A program made the position numbers and the translations under genes. A stretch of DNA of 64,000 nucleotides from Candidatus Gottesmanbacteria bacterium. Its GTDB lineage: Bacteria > Patescibacteriota > Microgenomatia > UBA10105 > UBA927. Positions 30,668 through 40,646 of the stretch are shown here, one piece after another. The stretch spans positions 181,735-245,734 of the forward strand of contig OY969569.1 of the NCBI GenBank assembly GCA_963701185.1, written 5' to 3'. Every line of letters begins with the position of its first letter. The first letter of the stretch is position 1. The notes beneath the pieces were generated by a model. The model ran no database searches and had not been told where the DNA came from. It was given only the letters and a program-made list of their open reading frames with translations.

Positions 30668-31204
30668 ATGCGTATTGGAATAGACATAAGCCAGATCGTG
30701 CATGAAAGAACAGGGGTAGGCACCTATGTGCGCGAGATGGTATCGTCAATGCTGCGGATAGATACAGAGAATGACTATGTGTTGTTCGGAGCTTCAGTGA
30801 GGAAAAGACATATATTTCAATCGTTTTATGCCTCACTTCCCCGCGAGCGGGTTCGGTTGGTCACCCTTCCTTTTCCGCCGATCGTTCTTGATATTCTCTG
30901 GAACCGTTTGCATATTGTACCGGTTGAATGGTTTATCGGAGCCGTTGACGTGTTCTGGTCAAGTGATTGGACGCAGCCTCCCCTTCGGCAAGCTCAGGGC
31001 GTCACCACCGTTCATGATCTTTCGACCATGCTGTTTCCGAAGGAAATGGATGCAGGTATCGTCGCCACACACAAACGGCGTTTAGAATGGGTGAGGAAGG
31101 AATGCAGGGCGATTTTCTGCGACAGCGAGTCTACGAAAAAAGATATTGTAAAACTATTACATATTTCTAAAGAAAAACTACATGTTATCTATCCTGGAAT
31201 ATGA
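30668..31204 (+). CDS. GT4 glycosyltransferase, N-terminal domain only
   Basis: MRIGID..TGVGTY..TTVHDL..DSESTKKD..VIYPGI then stop; no donor-binding domain. Confidence 0.75.
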   Translation: MRIGIDISQIVHERTGVGTYVREMVSSMLRIDTENDYVLFGASVRKRHIFQSFYASLPRERVRLVTLPFPPIVLDILWNRLHIVPVEWFIGAVDVFWSSDWTQPPLRQAQGVTTVHDLSTMLFPKEMDAGIVATHKRRLEWVRKECRAIFCDSESTKKDIVKLLHISKEKLHVIYPGI

Positions 31205-32310
31205 ATATTGGAATAGACGGGTATGAAGCAAATGTCGTCCGGCGCGTCGGGATAGGGCGTATTGCTCATGAAACGATAAAGGGCATGTATGCTATTCTCA
31301 AAAAAGAATCCAAAAGAACCGTCAACGTGATCGTTTTTTTACCGACCCCGCCGATGCCCGATATGCCTGCCCAAACTGATTGGTGGCACTACCGAGTGGT
31401 GGGCCCGAAGAAATTATGGACGTTTATCGGATTACCCCTGGCGATGAGGCGGGAGAACCTTGACGTTATGTTCTCACCGACGCATTATATTCCGAGGTTT
31501 ACGGCTATCCCCCGCGTCATGTCCATTATGGACCTGTCGTACCTCAAATTTCCCCAGCTCTTTAAGCCCAAAGATCTCTACCAGCTTACCCGGTGGACGG
31601 CATATTCGGCGGCGCACGCCAAAAAGATTTTTACGATAAGTGAGGCCAGCAAAAATGATATAATCAAAGAATATCACGTACCGGATGATAAGGTCGTTGT
31701 GACCTATCCCGGATTCACTATGGGAGACGCATCGGATATTCCGGATAAGTACCATATCAGCCGTAATTACATTCTTTCGGTGGGAACGATCCAGCCCCGG
31801 AAAAACTATACGAGATTAATCGAAGCCTTCAGTCTGTTTTTGAAGCAAAACCGACAGAAATTTTCCGATCTTCATCTGGTCATCATCGGGAAAAAAGGCT
31901 GGCTCTATGAGGATATTCTTGCGGCTCCGAAAAAGTTCGGCGTGGAAGACAGGGTAAAATTTCTGGATTTTGTGCCGGACGGAGACCTCCCGTCTTTTTA
32001 CCGGCACGCTCTTTGTTTTGCCTTGCCGAGCCTGTACGAAGGGTTCGGATTGCCGGTTCTGGAAGCGATGGCGTACAAATGTCCCGTGGTGGTTTCGAAT
32101 GTTTCCAGCCTGCCGGAGATTGCGGGGAAAGCAGGAATTTATGTGGATGCGGGGAGCGCCCAAAGTATCGCCGGCGGACTTCTGACTGCCGTCCGGCAGA
32201 GAAATTTGATACAGGGTAAGCAGAGGGTGAATGCGGGACTTGCCCAAATGAAAAAGTTTACCTGGGAAAAGGCGGCCAGACAAACGTTGGAGGTACTCGA
32301 AAACATATGA
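31201..32310 (+). CDS. GT4 (MtfB-like) glycosyltransferase
   Basis: [37 protein letters not shown]. Confidence 0.9.
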   Translation: MNIGIDGYEANVVRRVGIGRIAHETIKGMYAILKKESKRTVNVIVFLPTPPMPDMPAQTDWWHYRVVGPKKLWTFIGLPLAMRRENLDVMFSPTHYIPRFTAIPRVMSIMDLSYLKFPQLFKPKDLYQLTRWTAYSAAHAKKIFTISEASKNDIIKEYHVPDDKVVVTYPGFTMGDASDIPDKYHISRNYILSVGTIQPRKNYTRLIEAFSLFLKQNRQKFSDLHLVIIGKKGWLYEDILAAPKKFGVEDRVKFLDFVPDGDLPSFYRHALCFALPSLYEGFGLPVLEAMAYKCPVVVSNVSSLPEIAGKAGIYVDAGSAQSIAGGLLTAVRQRNLIQGKQRVNAGLAQMKKFTWEKAARQTLEVLENI

Positions 32311-32870
32311 GATGCTTGATTGATTTTTGGGTGTATTGCTGTACGCTGGCAGGCTACATTCCGAGCCATACGGTCAGGCTGTTTTTGTACCGGACTCTCT
32401 ATCGGGTGAAAATCGGCAGGGATTCTTCCATTCATTGGCGATGTGAATTTAACCAGCCGGCAGGCGTGGAAATAGGGCATAACACGATCATCGGCAATGA
32501 TGCATTTTTGGATGGGCGGATGAAGCATTTTATGACCTACCGGAAAGAACATGGCCGTCCCTTAAAAATCGGAAACAACGTATCGATTGCCGGCGAGGTG
32601 CGGATTTATACCATGGAACATGATATCGACTCTCCTGATTTTGCCGAGGTGGGAGCGCCGGTTCTTATAGAAGATTACGTCGTTATCGGCACACGGGTCA
32701 CGATTTTGCCCGGTGTCCGTATCGGGAAAGGTGCAGTTGTTGCATCAGGCGCGGTGGTCACCGGTGACGTGGGAGACTATGAGGTCGTCGGTGGCGTACC
32801 GGCAAAATTGATTAAAACAAGAAATAAAAATCTCACCTATACACTCAAATTCGCCCGATTATTTCAATAA
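32307..32870 (+). CDS. Hexapeptide-repeat O-acyltransferase
   Basis: [36 protein letters not shown]. Confidence 0.85.
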   Translation: MRCLIDFWVYCCTLAGYIPSHTVRLFLYRTLYRVKIGRDSSIHWRCEFNQPAGVEIGHNTIIGNDAFLDGRMKHFMTYRKEHGRPLKIGNNVSIAGEVRIYTMEHDIDSPDFAEVGAPVLIEDYVVIGTRVTILPGVRIGKGAVVASGAVVTGDVGDYEVVGGVPAKLIKTRNKNLTYTLKFARLFQ

Positions 32871-33739
32871 TGGACCTCTCTATTATTATTCCTAGTTTTA
32901 ACACAAAACACCTGACCGGCCGGTGTCTGCGGTCGATTATTGAAACGCTGAAACGTTCAAAACTAGCCTATGAAATCATCGTTGTGGATAACGCGTCCCA
33001 CGACGGTTCTGTTGAGATGTTGAATACGCAATTTCCTCAAGTAATAAAAATACTCAATAAGGAAAATTTGGGGTATGGCACCGCCAATAATATGGGTCTT
33101 CATATAGCCAAGGGTACATATGCTCTTATGCTCAACTCTGATATAGACGCTTTAAACGATTCTCTGGAACGGTTATTTGCGTTTGCGAAGTCGCATCCGA
33201 AGTCATTTGTCGGCGGGAAGCTTTATAACGAAGACGGATCGCTACAGCCTTCCTGCGGACCCATGTTTACCATCTGGTACGTATTTCTCATGCTTTTTTG
33301 TCAGGCAGACAAGCTTTCCATTACGCGGTATTCTCCGAATCAGGCAAGACGCGTTGGGTGGGTGTCCGGTGCGTGTTTATTAGGGAAGAGAGATTCTTTT
33401 TATGACGCGGGGCTTTTTGATCAGGGAATTTTCATGTATATGGACGAGATTGAATTTTTGTACCGGGCGGGGCGTAAGGGATATAAAGTTTTTTTCACGC
33501 CGCAGGCACGGTTTATCCATACGGGGGCCGCATCCAGCGGCAATTTCCGGGCACCTGTGAAGAATATTTTCCGGGGCCTTATATACTTCTACCGTAAGCA
33601 CCGAACGCCGGCGGAGGTATCTGTGTTAAAATTTATGTTGATGGTGAAAGCATGGATTTCAATCAGAGTAGGCAGAATCCTCGAAAAACCGGACCTGGTC
33701 ACGATATATGAAGAAGGCCTTACATTGGTTAATCAGTAA
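32870..33739 (+). CDS. GT2 glycosyltransferase (WbbL-like)
   Basis: VDNASHDGS, NLGYG.ANN, LNSD, WVSGAC, FMYMDE. Confidence 0.85.
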   Translation: MDLSIIIPSFNTKHLTGRCLRSIIETLKRSKLAYEIIVVDNASHDGSVEMLNTQFPQVIKILNKENLGYGTANNMGLHIAKGTYALMLNSDIDALNDSLERLFAFAKSHPKSFVGGKLYNEDGSLQPSCGPMFTIWYVFLMLFCQADKLSITRYSPNQARRVGWVSGACLLGKRDSFYDAGLFDQGIFMYMDEIEFLYRAGRKGYKVFFTPQARFIHTGAASSGNFRAPVKNIFRGLIYFYRKHRTPAEVSVLKFMLMVKAWISIRVGRILEKPDLVTIYEEGLTLVNQ

Positions 33740-36680
33740 TATCAGCGGACTTGCCGTATTGTTTTTCTTGGCGTTCATTCCGCTCTATCCGAAAGTGCCG
33801 CTTATTAATGTTATCCGGACGTTTGTGTATATACGGCTGGAAGATTTCCTTGTAGCCGTGGCAATCGCCGCGTATATTGTCCTGCGTATCCGGCAGCGGC
33901 AGCTTCCTAAAACGCCGCTCACGTGGCCCATTCTCCTGTATTGGGGCATCGGCGCCGCGTCGGCCATATTTTCCATTCTGTTCATCGGCCCGAAGCTCAT
34001 GGGCTATTTTCCCCATCTGGTTATTCTGCATTATCTCCGGCGCATAGAATACATGATGCTTTTTTTCATGGCGTTTGACGTCGTGAGCAAAAAAAAATCA
34101 TTCATGACTGCGGTTGTCTGGACGCTGGCTGCTACGACATTTGCCATTATTATCCACGGACTCGGCCAGAAATTTTTCGGCTGGCCGGCATTTTTGACAA
34201 TGAACGAAGAGTTTGCCAAAGGATTACCGCTCCGGCTTCCGCCGACGGCACGGATTCCTTCCACGTTCGCGGGGCATTATGATCTGGCTGCATTCGTTGT
34301 TCTGACGGTACCGATACTGGCCGCCGTCACATTTGCCGCAAAGAAAATCTGGCACAAAGCCGTGTTTTTCTTTTTATCGGTCGGATCGCTGGTCATGCTG
34401 TTTTTGACGCAATCACGGACTTCGTTTCTCGTATATCTTGTGGGAATAAGCTGTATGCTGTTCTGGTATAAGAAGAAGTGGTTTATTATTCCTGTTATTA
34501 TTGCCAGCTTTTTCCTGCTGAATTTTTTCAACGGCGCATCGGACAGATTTTATAAAACCTTCCGGTATAACGACGTTATTGTCGATTTATCGACAGGAAA
34601 ACCCGTCGGAACGCTGGCGTCTCTTGAAGGAACAACCGCCGTTATCCAGAAATCCCAGTCACCGGCTGTCGAAAATCTGCCGACGGGGAGCCAGTATATA
34701 GGGCTCCCGCCATCAGCTTCGTCTGCAGGACAGGTGAAAACAATTGCATATACAAGCGTGGGACTTACAGGCGGCACCGGGGAAATTGCCACGGTATCGG
34801 GAAGCTTCCTTATCCAAAAGGCGCTCGTCTACGATATTTCCATCACCACGCGGCTGCAGGGCGAATGGCCCATGGCAATGACGGCATTCAAACGGAATAT
34901 TTTGTTAGGCAGCGGCTACTCGACGCTGTCGGTGGCTTCAGACGGCGATTATGTCCGCATGCTCGGGGAGACCGGTCTAGTGGGTACGGTAAGCTTTTTA
35001 GGAATACTGCTTGCGGCCTACACGGTATTTCTCAAAAGGAAAGACAAACTTGACGGTATAGAAAAAGCCTTTGTTGTCGGCGTATTCGCGGGATTAACAG
35101 GCCTCATGTTCAACGGAATTCTTATAGATGTGTTTGAAGCGTCGAAGGTAGCATTCATCCTGTGGCTTCTTCTGGGAGTCGCCATGGCTTTGTTATCTGC
35201 AGACGCGATGACCTTACCCGGTTATTTCAGACTGCTTAAGAATGCATTAACGTCCAACACCGCGTATCTTATGTACTTATTTGTCGCGGGAATCGTCCTG
35301 TTCGGATCCTCCGTCTCCGACTATTTTATTGCGGACGATTTTACCTGGCTTAAATGGGCGGCAAGCTCATCGTTTGCGGATGTAGCTAAATATTTTACGG
35401 ATGCGGGAGGATTTTTCTACCGCCCTATCCCGAAGCTGCTGTATTTTGCACTGTATGCAATCTTTTGGCTCAAACCGGAGGGATATCATGTTGTTTCCAT
35501 CCTTCTCTATGGGTTGGTATCGCACCTTGTGTATCTTGTCATGAGGGAGACGAACGTGAAACGGACAATCGCTCTTGCCGCGGCGGTCCTGTTTACCGTA
35601 CTTTCCGTCCATCACGAAAATGTGTTCTGGATTTCCGGACTGAGCAGTCTATTGTCCGCAGTGTTTCTTTTTGGCGCAGTTCTTGGATATTTCAGGATGC
35701 AGCAATATTCCGGATGGAAGAAAAATGTTCTTGCCGCCGCCGCCGTAATTCTCATGGTCCTTTCGATGTTTTCGTACGACGGGATGATTATTGCGCCTGT
35801 CATTGTATTCATTGTGGCACGGAAGAAAAATTTGTTTGCATTTCTCCCGTTTTTGGCAATCCCGTTCTATTGGATGCTCCGTACGTGGGCAGGCTCTGTG
35901 CCGCCGTCGGGGGATTATGGATATAAGCTGTCAGCATTGCCGTTTAACATCGCCGGCAACGGTGTCGGATATTTCCTCGGGACATTTGCGGGACCGAGAT
36001 TTTTCGAGTTTTGGAGTGTGGCGCGTGAGTTTCTCCGTAGCCGCTGGCTCGTGGCGGGACTTGGCGGATCGGTAATTGCCGCCTCACTGGTTTTTGTTTT
36101 ATTCAAAATGAAGAACGTATTGTCCGTATACAGAACCCCGGTCATGTGGTTTGTCTGCGGCATCGTATCACTGGGTGCCTATCTGGGACTGGGCAATATG
36201 AGCGAGCGGTACGTACTTGCCGCCAGCGGCTTTTTTGTGGCAGGGGTAGGTTCATGGATTTCGATCGTGTGGGAGTTAGAAGGGCGGCGCGTCCTGAAAT
36301 ATGCGGCAATCGCCGGACTTTCCGGTCTTATTATCTGGAATGTAGCGGAGGTAGGACGGGTTGCCGGCGATTGGAAGAAAGCAAGCGCGGTTTCCCAGGA
36401 AACGCTTTCCATTATGAGCACGCAGTTTTTCCCGCTGCGGGAGAATAAAAGCTTTATCTTTATCGGTACACCGATCCGGTACGGCCGCGCATGGGTATTT
36501 CCCACGGGACTTGCCGATCCGTTGTGGCATATATTCCGTTTTAATCCGTGGGCGTACATAACAACAAACGTGTCCTCGCCCGAAGCCGCCTACAGCATGC
36601 CGACCCCCCCGGGGTTTTCTCCTGAAATATTTATTTTTGAAAATTACGAACTGAAACGGCTTGTGAAAGTGGAGAAATAA
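33708..36680 (+). CDS. O-antigen ligase-like domain fused to a GT-C-like membrane domain
   Basis: N-half R..STFAGHYDL, LTQSRTS, R..EWP, LLGSG, DGDYVR.LGETG..G; C-half FIADDF.WL, FFYRP, HHENVFWIS, ERY. Confidence 0.6.
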   Translation: MKKALHWLISNISGLAVLFFLAFIPLYPKVPLINVIRTFVYIRLEDFLVAVAIAAYIVLRIRQRQLPKTPLTWPILLYWGIGAASAIFSILFIGPKLMGYFPHLVILHYLRRIEYMMLFFMAFDVVSKKKSFMTAVVWTLAATTFAIIIHGLGQKFFGWPAFLTMNEEFAKGLPLRLPPTARIPSTFAGHYDLAAFVVLTVPILAAVTFAAKKIWHKAVFFFLSVGSLVMLFLTQSRTSFLVYLVGISCMLFWYKKKWFIIPVIIASFFLLNFFNGASDRFYKTFRYNDVIVDLSTGKPVGTLASLEGTTAVIQKSQSPAVENLPTGSQYIGLPPSASSAGQVKTIAYTSVGLTGGTGEIATVSGSFLIQKALVYDISITTRLQGEWPMAMTAFKRNILLGSGYSTLSVASDGDYVRMLGETGLVGTVSFLGILLAAYTVFLKRKDKLDGIEKAFVVGVFAGLTGLMFNGILIDVFEASKVAFILWLLLGVAMALLSADAMTLPGYFRLLKNALTSNTAYLMYLFVAGIVLFGSSVSDYFIADDFTWLKWAASSSFADVAKYFTDAGGFFYRPIPKLLYFALYAIFWLKPEGYHVVSILLYGLVSHLVYLVMRETNVKRTIALAAAVLFTVLSVHHENVFWISGLSSLLSAVFLFGAVLGYFRMQQYSGWKKNVLAAAAVILMVLSMFSYDGMIIAPVIVFIVARKKNLFAFLPFLAIPFYWMLRTWAGSVPPSGDYGYKLSALPFNIAGNGVGYFLGTFAGPRFFEFWSVAREFLRSRWLVAGLGGSVIAASLVFVLFKMKNVLSVYRTPVMWFVCGIVSLGAYLGLGNMSERYVLAASGFFVAGVGSWISIVWELEGRRVLKYAAIAGLSGLIIWNVAEVGRVAGDWKKASAVSQETLSIMSTQFFPLRENKSFIFIGTPIRYGRAWVFPTGLADPLWHIFRFNPWAYITTNVSSPEAAYSMPTPPGFSPEIFIFENYELKRLVKVEK

Positions 36681-38074
36681 TGGAAAAAATAATTGCTAAA
36701 TATTTTATTGCCCTCCTTGCTGGCATAGGACTGTTGGCGTGTGTCCTCCGGCTGTATCACATAACCTATCCCGTCGCTGACTGGCACAGCTGGCGCCAGT
36801 CGGATACGGCGGCGGTCGCACGGAATTTCCTCCGGTTCGGCATCGACCCCCTGCACCCGCGGTATGACGACCTTTCCAACATCCAGTCCGGCAAAGATAA
36901 CCCTCAGGGGTGGCGCATGGTGGAATTCCCGCTGTATCAGACTATCGGCGCCTATGTAAAATTGAGTCTTCCAAAAATTCCTTTAGAAGTTTTACTACGT
37001 GTTGTCACGATCGTTGCATCAGTGGGAACAACGATTTTGTTGGGTCTCCTGGTGGCGCAACTCGTCGATCCTTTGACCGGCATAGTATCCGCGCTTCTTT
37101 TCGCTGTACTTCCTTACAGTGTTTACTACGGGAGAACTATACTGCCGGAACCACACGTAGTATTTTGGTCGGTTTTAAGTCTCTGGCTGGTGTCGCGCAG
37201 GTGGACTCTGTTGGGCAGTGTCGCCGGTGCGCTTGCTTTACTGTCAAAACCGATGGCGGTATTTTTACTTCTTCCTATCCCGTATATCATTTTTAAACAT
37301 TATGGTGTTTCAAAACAAATGTTCTTTAAATGTTTGGTGTACGGAATTATTTCTCTTGTGCCGCTTTTCTTGTGGCGCCGCTGGATTTTGCAGTTTCCGG
37401 AAGGCATTCCGGTAAGCACGTGGCTGTTAAACGGAAACGGCATCCGCTTCAAGGGCGCATGGTTCCACTGGCTGTTTGCGACGCGACTGGGGGACATAAT
37501 GCTTGGTTTTTGGGGTCTTATTCCGTTCGGGGTAGGTCTTACCCTTCAGCCGAATAAAAAAGAGGGGTGGATATTCCGGTGGCTGGGGATCGGCGCGCTT
37601 CTGTACCTTATTATATTTGCGACAGGCAATGTTCAGCATGATTATTACCAAATATTAATCATACCGGCAGTTGCGATATTTGCGGGAAAGGGGTTGCGTC
37701 AGATGCGCCCGTGGCTGGCAATCGTTTCTCTGATATTCATGCTTTCGTTTTCGTGGTTTACCATACGGACATACTATTGGATTAACCGCGCCGAGATTGT
37801 TGAAGCGGGACAAGCGGCGGACAGAATTCTTCCGAAAGACGCAAAAGTGATCGCGCCGTACAATGGCGATACCACGTTTTTGTATCAGACACAGCGGCAG
37901 GGGTGGCCGCTGGGATTTGATATCGATAAGAAAATCGCCATGGGAGCGACCGCCTACGTGACGGTGTCTCCGACGGATGCGGATACGGAAACCCGTGATC
38001 TCGCCGCTACATACACGGTATTGGTTCGAAACGACAAATATGCCATTATCGACTTGACAAAGCTGAAGAAATAA
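36680..38074 (+). CDS. ArnT/PMT-family (GT39-like) glycosyltransferase
   Basis: WHSWRQSDTAAVARNF, EFPLY, R..LPE, HDYYQ. Confidence 0.75.
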   Translation: MEKIIAKYFIALLAGIGLLACVLRLYHITYPVADWHSWRQSDTAAVARNFLRFGIDPLHPRYDDLSNIQSGKDNPQGWRMVEFPLYQTIGAYVKLSLPKIPLEVLLRVVTIVASVGTTILLGLLVAQLVDPLTGIVSALLFAVLPYSVYYGRTILPEPHVVFWSVLSLWLVSRRWTLLGSVAGALALLSKPMAVFLLLPIPYIIFKHYGVSKQMFFKCLVYGIISLVPLFLWRRWILQFPEGIPVSTWLLNGNGIRFKGAWFHWLFATRLGDIMLGFWGLIPFGVGLTLQPNKKEGWIFRWLGIGALLYLIIFATGNVQHDYYQILIIPAVAIFAGKGLRQMRPWLAIVSLIFMLSFSWFTIRTYYWINRAEIVEAGQAADRILPKDAKVIAPYNGDTTFLYQTQRQGWPLGFDIDKKIAMGATAYVTVSPTDADTETRDLAATYTVLVRNDKYAIIDLTKLKK

Positions 38075-38607
38075 TGATTATGAAAAAACAAAAAAAGCGA
38101 GTGGTGTACGCTTTTATTGACAGTCAAAATTTAAACTTTGGCACACGTAAGGATATCTATAGACATGGGAAAAAAATTTACACAGGGTGGAAGCTTGATT
38201 TTAGGAAGTTTCGACAGTACCTTACAGATAAATTTCGTGCGAATAAAGCGTTTTTGTTTATCGGATACATACCGCAAAATAAATCGCTTTACCGAAAGCT
38301 TCAATCTGATGGATATGAACTAATTTATAAACCTACTGTGGCAGATAATCATGGGAAAGTCAAAGGTAATGTGGATGCGGAACTTGTCTTACATGCAGCA
38401 GCAATTGAATTTTCTCATTATGAAAAAGCTGTAGTAGTATCCGGGGATGGGGATTTCCGTTGCCTTCATGAGTTTCTAGAGCGTCGTGGTAAACTTCAGG
38501 CAATTATTATTCCTAATAGATTTTCAGAGTCGAGTTTGCTTAATCAATTTCAAAAATACAAAATATTTATCGATAAGAAACAAAAGGATCTTGAATTGAA
38601 GTCATAA
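38074..38607 (+). CDS. NYN-domain (LabA/DUF88, PIN-like) putative ribonuclease
   Basis: AFIDSQNL, KGNVDAELV, VVSGDGDF, S.LL; acidic catalytic residues intact; visibly more AT-rich than its neighbours. Confidence 0.88.
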   Translation: MIMKKQKKRVVYAFIDSQNLNFGTRKDIYRHGKKIYTGWKLDFRKFRQYLTDKFRANKAFLFIGYIPQNKSLYRKLQSDGYELIYKPTVADNHGKVKGNVDAELVLHAAAIEFSHYEKAVVVSGDGDFRCLHEFLERRGKLQAIIIPNRFSESSLLNQFQKYKIFIDKKQKDLELKS

Positions 38608-38664
38608 AAAGTGGGAGGCGTTGCATATGACACGTAGTCGTATGGTCGTTTCTCCCTAATGATG
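38604..38664 (-). ncRNA. Putative small structured RNA convergent with the NYN gene
   Basis: Minus-strand promoter at 38670-38698; hairpin GGGAG/CUCCC with inner CAUACGAC/GUCAUAUG; then ACUUUUU. Ends are approximate. Confidence 0.5.
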
Positions 38665-38669
38665 AATAA

Positions 38670-38698
38670 AGTATAGCATGACAAAAAGAATAAATCAA
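38670..38698 (-). promoter_or_regulatory. Sigma70-type promoter, antisense to the operon
   Basis: Minus strand: TTGATT (38698-38693), 17 bp, TATACT (38675-38670), with extended TG (TGCTATACT). Confidence 0.6.
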
Positions 38699-38700
38699 AT

Positions 38701-39804
38701 ATGAAAATACTATTTGTTTCAGCAGTTTTGCCGTATCCTTTGCATTCCGGCGGGCAAATCCGGATATATAATTTGCTGAAACGTCTCGGCAAAAAACATG
38801 AGATTCACGTGTATTCATTTATCCGGTCGGAAGACGAAAAAAAATATCTGCCCGAATTTTCATTTTGCAAAAATGTAACGGTCGTCCACCGCGGGCGGGT
38901 GTGGCAGCCGAAATATTTATTTACGTCAATAACCGGTACGTATCCGTTACTATGGCAAAGCTACCATAATCCCGAAATGCTGTCGCTTTTATCCGACGAA
39001 GTTGCTAAGGGTGGGTATGATCTCATTCACATCGAGCCGGGATATGTGTGGCCGTCGATCCCTACGCAACTGCGTATTCCCATTGTTGTTGCGGAACATA
39101 ATATAGAACACGAAGTGTATAAAAAGTACGTCGACGGTTTCCCGGTATCTTTTTTAAAACCATTTTTATCTCTCGATGTGTCAAAAATGATCCGATGGGA
39201 GGGTCGGGTGTGGAATGAGGCGGCTCATATAGTCACCGTTTCCGAATCCGATAAACGGTTTATAGGGAAACCCAATGTGTCCGTTGTTTCCAATGGTGTT
39301 GATATTGGTGCATATCCGTTTAAACCGAAAAAAACACCGGGATTTAAATTTTTGTATACGGGGAATTTCAGATGGATGGAAAACAGGGATGCAGCTGACT
39401 ACCTGCGTGGGACGATGTGGCCTATCATCAAGAAGCAGTACCCGCAGGCTACACTTCGGATTGTCGGGAAAGGTGCGCCTGACGGTGCGGTTGAGCATAT
39501 TCAGGATGAGCTGTGCCGCGCTGATATCATGATAGCCCCAATTCGCATTGGCGGCGGGACCAAATTTAAGATTCTTGAGGCCATGGCGGTAGGACTGCCG
39601 GTTGTTACTACGACAATCGGCGCCGAAGGAATTGACACAAAGGCATTGTGGATCGCCGATACGACTGAAGAAACTATGATGAGAATTCATGAGATTGGTA
39701 AAAACAAGCAAAAAATTATGTACGGCCGTTCGCTTGTTGAACGGGAATATAACTGGGATAGTATTGCGAAGAAACTGGATGACGTATGGAACTCTCTATC
39801 ATAA
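38701..39804 (+). CDS. GT4 glycosyltransferase
   Basis: PYPLHSGGQIRIYN, EHNIE, NGVD, PIRIGGGTKFKILEAMA. Confidence 0.88.
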   Translation: MKILFVSAVLPYPLHSGGQIRIYNLLKRLGKKHEIHVYSFIRSEDEKKYLPEFSFCKNVTVVHRGRVWQPKYLFTSITGTYPLLWQSYHNPEMLSLLSDEVAKGGYDLIHIEPGYVWPSIPTQLRIPIVVAEHNIEHEVYKKYVDGFPVSFLKPFLSLDVSKMIRWEGRVWNEAAHIVTVSESDKRFIGKPNVSVVSNGVDIGAYPFKPKKTPGFKFLYTGNFRWMENRDAADYLRGTMWPIIKKQYPQATLRIVGKGAPDGAVEHIQDELCRADIMIAPIRIGGGTKFKILEAMAVGLPVVTTTIGAEGIDTKALWIADTTEETMMRIHEIGKNKQKIMYGRSLVEREYNWDSIAKKLDDVWNSLS

Positions 39805-40646
39805 TCGTCAATTTCAACACAAAAGACCTGACCAAGCTGTGTCTGGATTCTATACACAAATGGTCGGAGGGAGCGTTATGGGAAATTATCGTGGTGGATA
39901 ACGGCTCGACGGACGGAAGCCGCGAAATGCTTAGAAAATATACCGGGATAACGCTCATTTTGAACAAAAAGAACCTGGGGTTTGCGAAGGCAAATAACAA
40001 AGGGATACATATTGCGAAAGGAAAATATATTCTGCTTCTCAACTCCGATACGGAGCTTCGGCAGGACAGCGTCCGGACGATGCTGCGGTTTATGGACGGG
40101 CATCTGAAAGCAGGAGCGGCAACCTGCCGGTTGGATTTACCTTCCGGTGCTATGGATCCTGCCTGTCACCGCGGATTTCCGACACCATGGGTATCGTTGA
40201 CATACCTCACAGGACTGGAGAGGATATTTCCAAAGTCGAAATTATTTGGCCGGTATCACATGGGCTATAAAAATCTGACGATCCCGCATCAGGTGGACGT
40301 CATAAGCGGTGCGTTTTTCCTGGCACGCCGGGAGGCAATTGACCAGGTGGGATTGCTTGATGAAGACTATTTTATGTATGCGGAAGATATTGATTGGGCG
40401 TATCGGTTTAAACAAAAGGGCTGGGAGATTTGGTTTAATCCGGAGGCGACCGTTTTGCATAAAAAGAAGCAGAGCGGAAGAAGTAATCTCCTGCGTTCCC
40501 GCGCCGTTACCACAGAGATTTATTTTCACACCTACAATTGGTTATTTTTCAAAAAGCATTATGCAAAAAAATACGGTCCGATTGTCGGATGTGCAGTGAA
40601 CACGTTCTATCGGTGGAAACTTCATTCATATGAAAATCGGCATTGA
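39786..40646 (+). CDS. GT2 glycosyltransferase (WbbL-like)
   Basis: VDNGSTDGS, NLGFAKANN, LLNSD, ISGAF, DEDYFMYAEDIDW. Confidence 0.88.
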   Translation: MELSIIIVNFNTKDLTKLCLDSIHKWSEGALWEIIVVDNGSTDGSREMLRKYTGITLILNKKNLGFAKANNKGIHIAKGKYILLLNSDTELRQDSVRTMLRFMDGHLKAGAATCRLDLPSGAMDPACHRGFPTPWVSLTYLTGLERIFPKSKLFGRYHMGYKNLTIPHQVDVISGAFFLARREAIDQVGLLDEDYFMYAEDIDWAYRFKQKGWEIWFNPEATVLHKKKQSGRSNLLRSRAVTTEIYFHTYNWLFFKKHYAKKYGPIVGCAVNTFYRWKLHSYENRH

